The notes under the pieces were generated by a model. The model worked only from the letters and a program-made list of their open reading frames with translations. It made no database searches and was not told where the DNA came from. A stretch of 38,065 bases of DNA from a virus (taxonomy: Duplodnaviria > Caudoviricetes), in IMG/VR virus record IMGVR_UViG_3300042567_000178, positions 1 to 38,065 of that record; one strand, 5' to 3'. The position numbers were made by a program, and so were the translations under genes. Positions 1 to 12,000 of the stretch are shown one piece after another. Within the stretch, counting starts at the first letter, position 1. Every line of letters begins with the position of its first letter.

Positions 1-16
1 TCTCTCTCAATCAGTA

Positions 17-24
17 TATTTATC
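17..24 (-). promoter_or_regulatory. Possible late promoter (GATAAATA) for the next gene beyond the window edge
   Basis: Overlaps the stop codon of the giant ORF. Same octamer as at 29350 and 33756. Confidence 0.45.
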
Positions 25-3000
25 GTGGCCATATAGTTGTCTTTTCTTTCAAAAAGTTTGCGATTTTATTGTCAGATTCGGTTAAGGATTTGCCAATATC
101 GTTCCAAACTCTGCCTATTTTCTTGGTAACAATAACTTTTGTTCCGGCAGTCAAGTCGTTAGTTAATCTAACTCCCGCTGTTGTTCCATTTACGGAAAAA
201 TCAGCTTCAAAATTTACATCAGCTTCAGTACTTTCGTAATGATTATCTACATTGTGTACACTATAAGGATGTTTCTTTAAACGTTGGTTTCCAACAAAAA
301 ACTTCCATTTGGTTTTGTCAGCAGTGAATGATGTTGAACTGGTGTGTGCAGTTACACACTTGTATGTGTAAGAACCGTACATGATAATGTCACCTATTGA
401 GTAGGCTGTTGCATCAGTCCAATTACCCAATATATTCCATCCTCCAACAAACACATCAATTTCATCACACTGTCCGTACTGTGCTGGTATTGTGTCACGC
501 ATCCAGGTTGTGTATGCTGTACTGCCATCATTGATTGTACCAGCAGTTGGATTAGGCATATATGGTAAAGGTATTATGTTAGAACTACCGTCGTGCAAGT
601 ATGTTTCAATCAACACATCATCGTTGTACGGAATAGTCTCACTAATGCCAATATCTAATACAAACTCACCTGCAGGATGCTTACTTGGAGTTCCAGTACC
701 CAATGTTCCTCTACGAAGTTGTGTCAATGTATTTCCATCTTTTAGATAATATTCAATTCTTTCACCGTTAACATACAGTATTCCTGGTAAATTTCTACTT
801 CTATTAGGTTCAGCTAATACTGCGCCGTCGGCAACCACAATAGTTGAATCATAATAGTTCAAGTCATTTATCAATAATGTCTGTTTGTCTTTGGCCAAAC
901 GTTTGTAATGAGTTCTGTTTAACATGTCTTTAAATTGCATATATCCAATTTTAGATTCTACAACTTGACTTGCAAAAGTCAAGATAACAAAATTGTCATT
1001 TAACACAGGATCCACAGCCAATTTAATCGACGTTTTATTAGGATTTAATTTGTAATCAATACTGTGAGTCAACAAAGTATTATTTTTAATTACCCAAACG
1101 TGATCAGCAGTTCTTGTTTCTCTATTTAATTCCAACGTGCCACCAACAATTTCATTGTATTTAAAATAGTCTACACTGTTTTGAACCACTGACACATCTA
1201 AAGATATTTCTGATTCGCTACGTTGAATATCAAGTATATTATGATTAGAGAAAGAAGTTATCTCATAAGTTAAATTACTTGCTGGAGTTGAAGTAAACAC
1301 AATTGAAGGTTGGGTTGAATCAGTGTCTATAAAATAATCCGCAGTATCAACAATGCCAATAACTAATAATTTTCCTTCAGAATAACTTAGTTCATTTAGT
1401 GTGACAGTTCCAGTTGACAAGTCAATGGTATAATCAGTCATTATTGAAATTTCATATCCTGCCAAGTAAATTTTAAATGAATCAATTGTCAGTGAGCTTC
1501 TATATTTGTAGCTTGGTATTGTATAGGACAACACATTATTAGCAAGAGTAAAATATGTATAATTAGGACTTGCTAAAATTGTATTTCCTGTGCGTACAAT
1601 TACATTTGGTTCTTGAGGGAAAGCATCACCAATAGAATTATTCAACAAGTATGTGCTGTTTATTCCATCAGTAACAAATGTTTCTTTAGCCGCTAGACTA
1701 TACTGTGTAACATCAGTGTTTGATATCAAATAGTTAATGATCTGCCCAGCTGTTGGTGCACTGCCAAATCGTATACCAACTCGATCAACACTGTCATAAG
1801 TTGCATCAGTTCTAAACAAGTTATAATTTTCAAGTGCTCCAGACACTACAACCAACGACGATAGTGTTTCTGTCCACGGTGCTGTTGTTATAAACTCAAT
1901 AGAACTGCCGTCACCAATGAAGTAATCTAAATCTAATATGTCAGTTCCGTTGTATCCAAAACTGGTTACAGACACAATGGCTTTATTGGTTGGTGCTGTT
2001 GCAAACTTAACAGTTTGTAAGTCATAGTCAATTGTAAAATCAGTTGTTATTTGATTATTAACTTTTACAACAACTGCTGAACTTGTATTTGGAGTTTGGC
2101 CTAAAGCAAAACTTGTTGTTATTCCATCAGCAACATAGTTGTTAGATTTAACATCTGCAGAACCGTTAGTTGGTCTTTGGAATACTTTAACCGCCAGTGC
2201 GTCGGTAATTTGACCAGGAACAACTTCTTCAGGAGCTGGACTTGTAGACGGTGTTACAAACCCGTCACCGTCAACAATAATATCCTCAGCCGCTAATCCA
2301 GTAGCAGTAGAATACGCCAAGTTACCACCTGATAGTGCAGTGTCATAATCCAATGCAGATGGTGTATTTGCACCATCACTTGTGCTCTTACGGAAAATAA
2401 CCTGATCACCATCATTAATATCCAACGTTTGAATGTCAGTTAAATTAGGCAATGTTATTATGTTGTTTACCCCGTCGCCTACAAATGTTCTCATTATTGC
2501 ATTTTCTGGAGCAACAAATCTACCATTTGGTTGTTCTGTACTGCCGTCATACAATCCATAATATAAGTCGTCAATACGTACACCGTTTACATACACATTG
2601 ATCTGTTGACCAACTGTTGGAGTATAAGGCAAATCATAAGAATATGTACTGTCGCCCACAGTAATAATATAATCGTCAAACGTTGGATCAAACCCGTCCC
2701 ATACATCATTAAACCACGGAAGAACGTCCCATCCAGCACTTGATTTAAAGTCCAACCCAACAATATTAACACCACCATAATCAATGCCGGTCATTAGTTG
2801 TGTTAGGTCTTTGCCCAATTGTCCAGTTTCTGGATTGTAATAAAAATTAATCCTGTCGGCAGCATTTAAATAATTAAAATCTTTTATGTACTTTATAACT
2901 ATGACATCTCCACTTGCTGGTGATGAAGTAAAAGTTAACAAACCAGAATAAGAAGTATAACCTCTAGAAGTAGATTTTTTACTAGTAACACTATAAGTGT

Positions 3001-6000
3001 CTCTCAATGCTTCTTGGCCGTTTATTGTAACAATTGTTTTTCCTGTTGTGAGATCTGGGCTCCATTTTAGTGCCCATTGTAATTTAGATCCTGTGCCAGC
3101 AAATTGTTCTGTAACATCAAGTTCAGTAATAAAATAATTTTGTGTAGTCCTATCAAATTTAATTTTAATTAAATTACTTCTAACCAAATCATTTTTAATC
3201 ACTGCTATTGCTCTAGCTTGAACACCATCAACGTTGGTTCCGCCCACTAATTCAATAGTTGGTGCTGTAAGGTATCCAGCGCCAGATGTAACTACATCAA
3301 CTTTAATAACTTTGCCATTGGCAATATATGCCCTGGCTGTTGCTGTTTTAGATGCGGCGCCCGTAATACTAACAACTGGTTTAGAAATATATCCAGATCC
3401 ACCATCAACCACTTCAATAGTTTGTATTTTAAATCCCACATTATCTAACCAATTTTTCCAAGGATACTCTGTGATCTCTGAATCAACAAACTGGATTTCT
3501 CCATTCATTAATTTAACAGGCAAGGGTTGAGTTGTATTTCCTCTACCAACTGCTGGTATATCAAAGTCACTTACCATTGTTTGCGTATTATCAATTGTGT
3601 TGTAAGAACTTACATATTCTCTAATCTTAGTTCTATAAGGTTTAACTTCTGCAATATATTTTTCAAAATCTTGTAAATTGTCATTTGCGTAAGTCACACG
3701 CTGTTCTAATTTGCCAACATTATGCATTGCCTTAACAAAACTAGTTTTAAATGCCCAATCAACAAATGTTTGTTCAGACAATGCATATCTTAAACTAGCA
3801 AAGAATAACTGTAGATATACTGGTTTAAGATCATCAATTAAAATTTTATTTTTTACTGCATTTAAAATAATTTTTAGTTCAGATGCACCAGAGTTATCAA
3901 ACGGGTCTGCATCATACAGTGGACCATCAAACCCTGAGCTTGTTGACGAAAACTGATAAAATTTGTTTGAGATTTCTATAGTGCCGTTTTGACGACCTAT
4001 GACTTTATAGCTTTGTGTATAATCAATTGAATCAACATTGGCATATTTTTCTAATAACATCCATCCTGCTGATCCAACAGTTTTTACTTTGACTGTTTGA
4101 CCTATACTAGTTGATAATGAAAATAGTTGATATGTGCCATCAACAACATGATCAATTTTACTAAACTGGTTGTATCCAGTATCATACCAGTCTATATAAT
4201 CCCAAAAATCTTGTACATTATATGCTTGTGATTTGGTTCTAGACCAAACAGACGAACTGATATCATAAGCATAAATTGACCAACGATTTAATGCATTTGA
4301 ATCACTTTTTACCAATACTGAAAGTGGTCTAATTGACAGTGTTGTACTATTAGAATAATTGTTTCCACTATTAACTATTGTTACACCAGTGATACTACCA
4401 GTATCATTGATAGTAGTTTTTATATGTGCGCCGGTTCCAGAACCAGATATATTGATTTCCGGAGCATAAACGTATCCAGCTCCAGCATTTGTAATGACAA
4501 CATCAACAATTCGTCCATTAACAATTACTGGCGTAGCAGATGCTTTAATCACTGCTCCGGTATTGATTAGGCGCAATTCTTCATAAGTATCAACCACAAA
4601 ATCATAAGACCCCATTATTGTTGATGGGGGTTCTTCGTAGGAATTAAAATCAGTTAGGTCTGCAGAATCAGCAATTAACACATGACTTAACTCTGAATTT
4701 AAACGCTCAATGTATTGTTTCAATGCTTCAAGTCTATTGACAAACATACTTTGTCTTGGTCTAAACTGGATGCCGTATTTTTGTTTAACAGGTAAATTAA
4801 AATCTGGAACTACTCTATTATTATCGTCAGCGCCCACTAGGCTATCAATCCATTTCTTTTCAATGGCAGATGGTATCACAGTATTTGGATGCTCACTGAT
4901 CAGTTTCCACTCTGTATGAATATTTAGGTCATCACTGTCCACTAACCAATATTGCACTGCTAACACAATATCTGAATTCTGTAATAGTGTTTCTATGTTA
5001 ACTAAACTAAAGCTGTTGGCACTGGTAAACTCAATAAACTTATGTCCATAACTTTTTGGATCAGAAATTAAATTAGCAACATCTTTAGCTGAAATTGCTC
5101 GATCAATCACGTTTGGAACTATGGTTTTATTTTTTACCCAGAAATAATAAGTGTTTTTAAATGCCTTGCTAATTGTATCATAACGTTTTTTAACGCTGTA
5201 AACGCTGTTGCCATATAAACTTGTGCCACTGATTCCCAAAGTAATACCAGCTTCGGTATCAGCTTGTTTGTCCCACTCTGCAGGAGTTAGTTTGGATTCA
5301 ACCCACTCATAAATGTCAATACTTGCACTGTCGTAAAGAGTGTTCCAAGTTGAATTTTTATAAACAACATCTCCTATATAGCTATCTAAAAATTTGGCCT
5401 TGGTCATGTTCCACCACAACATGCCAACTTGATTGCTGGTCCATGACATGCCATCATCAACATTAACAGTGTCAGTGCCTACAGAGTATGTTGCTGGATC
5501 GTAATAAGTTTTAAATTTAATTTCTTGTTCAGCTATACCAGCAATTTTTCCCTGTACAGGATCTATAACATCTAAGTATGTTACTAGTGCATTTGTTTTC
5601 TTATTGTATAGGAAAACTTTTTTAATTTTACGTAAGTCAACTACATCTGCTTCAACTTGAATTTGTTGCCAACTATACGAATCTTCTGCTTTTACATAAG
5701 TGTAAATTAATCCAGATTTAATTGAGTTATATGTTGCAAACGGTGCTGATGTAATAATTGTATTATTACCTGCGGCAAATGCGTATCCATATTTGTCAGT
5801 TGAAGCATTATTCAATGGTAGTGATTCAGCAAATAAGAACTGTGTGTTATATTTGTCATATACATCAAATCTACCAATGTCTTTATTAACAGTTGCAATT
5901 CTAGTTGAACCAGAATCAAATAATGTAGAGTTTGTGTCAAAAGATGTTGTTGTAATACTGTCGCCCAACGTGCTAAAAATAACTAGACTTTTATCATTAT

Positions 6001-9000
6001 TAATAAACTGAACTCTTGCACCAAACGCTTCTGCAGTTTCTGGATTTCTATTTTTTATTAACTGGTCTGCTGTGTAAGTTCCAACCGCTAATTTATATAA
6101 ACGCACAAGGCCCTGATCTGCTTGTGTGCCGTCATATAATATACTTCCAATTGCAATAGTATCCCCGCTAGTTGTTACAGCAACACTTTCACCATAACGT
6201 TCAGGATCAGTTGCACCAGATGTTAGTGTTTGAGCCAACTCATATAACGAACTTGTGTGATTGTATACATACACCTTTCCAGCGTATGCATTTGCATTTG
6301 GCGCTGACACTACTAGTGTAGAACTATCTGGAGTTATATCAAAGTCATATCCAAAGTTATCACCAACGGTGGTTACAGTTTCTACTGCGCCTTCTAACGT
6401 CCAAGCTGATGCAGTTCCAGTATATGAGTACAATCTACCTTGACTGCTATTGTATGCTGGTTGGCTAACGATCATCCTATAGCCAATGCTTGTTGATGCT
6501 ATTTTTATTTTAGATCCGTATTGTTGACTGTTGCCAGCGTTGGGACTTGTTAATGTTGAAACATATTGATAGTTTCCATTAACATCAACACTATACATCA
6601 ACACTATACCTTGACTACTATTATGTGTGGGCGACGCTATGGCTATCCATTTACCGTCTGGGGATACTGCAAGAGTTGTGCCAAATCCTGTAATTGTTGA
6701 ATTTGCCAATGTTTGGCTTTTGACCCATCCTGTTGTACTTACTAGTGATGTTTTATAAACATATACTTCGTTATTGTCTGTGCTTGTTAATAACACACTT
6801 GCGGAAGTGTTTGTTGCTAATATTCTTCCAAATTTTTCTGCAGTTTCTGCAAATGTATCGGCGAGTGTTTTCTTTTCGTACACTGGAGAATTTTGCCATA
6901 CTGCATTTTTTCCAGCGCCATTATCGTCAGTCCACAGTAACTCATTTGTTTTTAATGTCTTAGGAAGATTAAAATTACTATCTATACTTGGCGCACGTTG
7001 CGATGCAAACTTGTAAAACAACACTTGAGCACTGTCCTGGAATGGTGTTTTCCATTCTTTGATTTCAATATCAATAGTTGCAACTGATAACTCTAAAGAA
7101 CTAATCTTGTGGAAGCCTTGTATTTGTGATGAGTTAACAATACCAATTATATCACCAACTGCTAGATCAGGTATTCTATCAAAATCAAGAGTTAGAACTT
7201 TATTACTATAGCTAATATCTTCTGCAAAAAATTCTGCTTTTGTAAATCGATAAACTTGCCAAGACCTGTCTTGAAAAGCGCACCATACATAATCGCCTTC
7301 TGTAAAAGTCGTAATGTCTTTACCAATAACATTGCTTAATGAGTCAACATTAATGCTGACTTGTTCGTATTTTACAAACCCTGGGGTTCTTAGATACGGT
7401 GTAAACAATTTGTTAACTGGCCACGGTGAATTATTATAACCTGATGGTTTAACATATATTTGATTTGGCGTTTGACGTATTACAAAATCAACCAGCGTTT
7501 GATCCACAACATTTACTAACTCAAATGCCTGTGGGTTTGTTTTGAACAATTGTTCATTTAAAGAAATTTCTATTTCATCAAACGCATCTGCTCCGCCGTA
7601 CTGACCAACACGCACGGCCCATTCTTCATTAAAGTCTATACTCTCTGCATCATTAGCAGATAACACATCAAATAATTTGTTCAATACATTTACTGAACCT
7701 TTTTCAGGAAGCATGCCTTGGAAAAATTTATATTCACTTACATCATTTTTAATAATGTTTTCTAAATATTGTCTCTTTTGATAGCCAATTAAATGTTGTG
7801 CGATTTTTTGTTGTTGTGAGTCAAAATTATCTGATTCTAAATCATAAAAATCTGTAAACTGTTCTGCTTTATAGTCCCAATTGGGTAATAGCTCAGATGT
7901 TGGCTTATTTGCCAGTTTAACCCAGTTGCTAGAATTAAATTCTTCTACTCCTGGTAGAAACTTTTCAGCACTATAGTAAAATTCTTTGTATTTTACAATA
8001 TCGCCTAAATTATAATCTACCCAAGGTTCCCAATTTGATATTTTTGCTTGATCAAAGATAAATCCTGGTATGTCAAATCCACCGTACCAGTCAATGGTCT
8101 TATATCCTGACACTTTAATTCTATCTTGTTTATATCCAGCTGGTGCATTGTAAATAGTATCGTTAAACTGTGTAGTATTATCTAAAATCAATACATGTTC
8201 TTTTTGTACTAGGAATAACCCAGCACCATATATCCCAACACCGTTAACTCGCGGACTGAAAGAAAATAAGTTATTTTCACGAGTATAATTTAAAAAGTTT
8301 TGATCAAACTTTAATCCGTCAGCTTTAAAAATTTCATATTCATTAAATCTATCTCTAATGTCATCAATAACATTGTATGGCACGTTCATTGACAGTCCCA
8401 GTGCAGATGGACTTAGTGTAATAACACTGGCACCGTCTTGAGATAATCCATCTAATTTAATATATAATGTTGCCTGAAAAACACTGCTAGTTTGGTGGTC
8501 TCTAATAGATTTATAAAAGTCGCCGTTGTACAATACCACTTGATCAGCAGTATATTCTGTTTGCTGATTCCATTCTTTATATTTTTGTTCTCCAGCACTC
8601 CAGTTTTGTGTGGTCCAGAATAAAAACTCTTTAACTGATGTTTCCCAAGATGCTACAGCTTTTAAATTGGTGTTATAATCATCAAACACAAATCCTTGAT
8701 CTTTTAAATATTCTCCATAACCTTGAAGAAAATCCACAACTTCTTGAATTGAGCTGTAGGTTGTTCCGTAATTTACAATATTGGGTACTCTATCCCATGC
8801 TTTTCTTAAATTGGCATTTCTTCCACCAATTATTGGCAACACAGCTAATTTTTGATACAATGAAGAATCAAAGTTAGTTTGTGCTGTATGATTTGATTTT
8901 ACTCTATAGTAAATATTATTGTACTGTACAATATTGCCAGCAATGTATACTTGTCCTGATGTCCAGTCAGTATATGATTCACTAATGCCACCAACATTGA

Positions 9001-12000
9001 TATCGTTACCTGGTTGTACCCACGGATAATAATAAAAGAATGGTTGTGCTTGACTATACCCTTTAACTTCATAACCTATACCAGATCTTGTCAACACCTT
9101 GGTAACAATTACACCACTATAATTTAATTTTTTAGTAGGCGATGAAGTGTTTAAAAATATTGAGTAGTTTTCTTTAGGAACAAATACTCCTGAAATAGCC
9201 GACGGCGACTTACTATCTAAAATTAGATTTAATTTATCCTTGCTTGTGAATCCGCCCAATCTATGGCTAAGATGATTGTTAAGATATTGTAAATCATATT
9301 TGTATTCAGTTAAGGATTTTAGATTATCACTCAATATATAATCAACAATGTAATTTATTAGTCCAGCAGTTTGTATTCTCACATTCTCAGATGGCACTGA
9401 CGGAATTACTAAATCTTCTAATTGTAATCGTAATCCAGTTTCTTTGTAGACTAATTGATTATTTTTATTTTTAATAATCCTAGATCTATCTAAACACGTT
9501 CCTAAAACTTTATTAGGTTGCATTAATGTTGCGGCTAGTATAACACTAAATGAATAAAATGAACTTCTTTTCCATGCATTTTCTACTGGGCTTAGATCTC
9601 CAAATACAAAGTCATCATTTGCGCCTTGTAGATTTATAAACCCTTGAACAATATTGGCCGCGACTGGATTTAACAATGCACCGTTTTCGTCAACTGGCAC
9701 TTGCGTTGCTAATATAGGTCTAGCAAATTTCTCATTTCTAAATATTAATTTATTTGGTTCTCTAGTAATGCCATCTTTTAAATCAGCCCACAACAAAAGA
9801 TTATCACTAGTATAAGGCGCGGGCCCATAAACAGTTTCCCACCATGTGGGTTTAATACTAAATCCTAAACTTTCCCATGGACAAATATGGATTCTATCAG
9901 TATCAAAAATCCAAGAATAAATTCCTCTCCAGTATCCTGGAATATCTCTACCATCTGGGGCTGTGTTTTTTCTATAATTATATGTGAAGAGATTTTCTGG
10001 AGTGTATGTTAACGGTTTTGTAAAATCTCTATCTATTAAAGTCGTCCACTGATAAAAGTTAGGTGCAAGAATTTGATTAAATTCACTTAGACTATAGGGC
10101 GTATTTCTATTATACCCTGGAATAAAATCTAAAATGTCAAAAATTTCAGGGTCGTAATTAACTTTAATGTTGTTAAAAATTCGTTTTTCAATATCAAGAA
10201 TTAGATCATCTCTATAATCGTTATAAGCTAAAACAATACTGCCGTCATGACCTTGAATAACGTATTGTGGAGTTATAAGGGTTGTATCTAAATATTTTTT
10301 AGGTTCGTATTTTGGCCACATGCCAATTGACGTTGGCGTAGCTGGTATAAAACAACCGTCTGTACTTTCATATTCATATACTGTGATAATATCGTTATCT
10401 TGTAACGCATATGTATTTGTAAATTCAACAAATCCAGTAGAATTAAAAGTATAATCATTGCCATATAATACTTGCACACCATTTACATAAACATTAACTG
10501 CTTTATTAGATAGTGTATCTAATGAAAAGATATCAGTCAATGGGTAAGTTTTTATTCTGTAATCAACAACAGTATAGTCAGTTTTTGTTGCCGCGCCATA
10601 GCCAATCATATCACTAAAATAATATGGTGTTGATTTTGATTTATCTTTATTATGTTCAAACAGTATGTTATCAACAAATGTTTTAACATCACTCGTTTGT
10701 TCTAAACTTGTTGCAAGATTTACAAAGTTTCTTTTGAACTTTCCATACTCATCACGTGCCTGTTTTAATGCTTTAATAACATTTGCATTTTTAGATGTTA
10801 GGTGATACAGGCCCACATTTAAAGGGCCACTATGTTGAACAAATTTTGTTCCGTAATGCGATAAGTTTCCAAGATCTCTTAAATTTCCAGGTCCTGGATA
10901 TGATCCAATAAACGTTGCTGTGTTGTCAATAATACTATCCACATGGTCAATAGCTTCACCCAATGTAAAAGTATCAATATTTTGATTTAACGGATTGTTT
11001 TGGAAATTAATAGGAAATTCATAATGCCCTCTTTGATTTTTATCTTGGCTGCTAAAACATTTTAATGTAACAACTGTGTTAACAGCCGCTGGTGTAGTTA
11101 GTACTACCTGTTTGTATTTGGATCCATCTGTTAATGTCCACAGGGATTTATCTAAACGTTTCCCATCAATATACACCCTAACTTCTAAATCACTTAACTG
11201 TCCAATGTCATCATATACATCTACAGGAAATACTGTACCGCCAATATTTTTAAAAATTCTAATAACTGGTTGTACATTGCTTATTAAATTTTTTGTCCAG
11301 CCGTTATCAAACGTATTTGTTGTTAAGTCAATAACAACTTTTAAAAATTTAGAATCAGTATTTGATGTAATTACATTAACTCCTTCTTTATAAGAAAAAG
11401 TATTCTGTAATAAATCAAAGTTAAAAACAATATCACCAATGTTATTGATATTTTTATATGTTAGTGCAAAACCCAACACGCTATCAACAGTTCCTAAACC
11501 AACTTTGTATGAAAATATTTTATTTCCAGTAAAAGTTGAGCCTGGATATTTTGTAATATCTGATATTGATACTTCATCGCCATCATATAAATCAAACAAC
11601 GGTGACTGATTAACGTTGAGTTTTTCTTGGGCCAGTTTCCATGTTGTGCCGTTAAACCAATAATTTTTTCCTTGGTTGCGATTTCCAGATCTAACTAATA
11701 CTGTTTGGCCAGTTAGCGGATCAGTGTCAGTTTCTTCAACTAAATGGATTTGTCTAACTGGATTTTTACCAGCTTCATGAACTGTGATAAAATCAACTTT
11801 AAAAATTCTATTGTTTGCTAATACATCTGTATCAGCAGTAAACAACACCCTGTGACCTTGAACCAACGGCACATTATCAATAGTGTAGCCTAACGATCCT
11901 TCAATTGTTGAAAACACATCCTGTGTATAATTGTCAACTAAATCAACGTCTAATTTCTTAACTGTGCCAAAATTAAATAATTTGAGATTAGATTCAAATT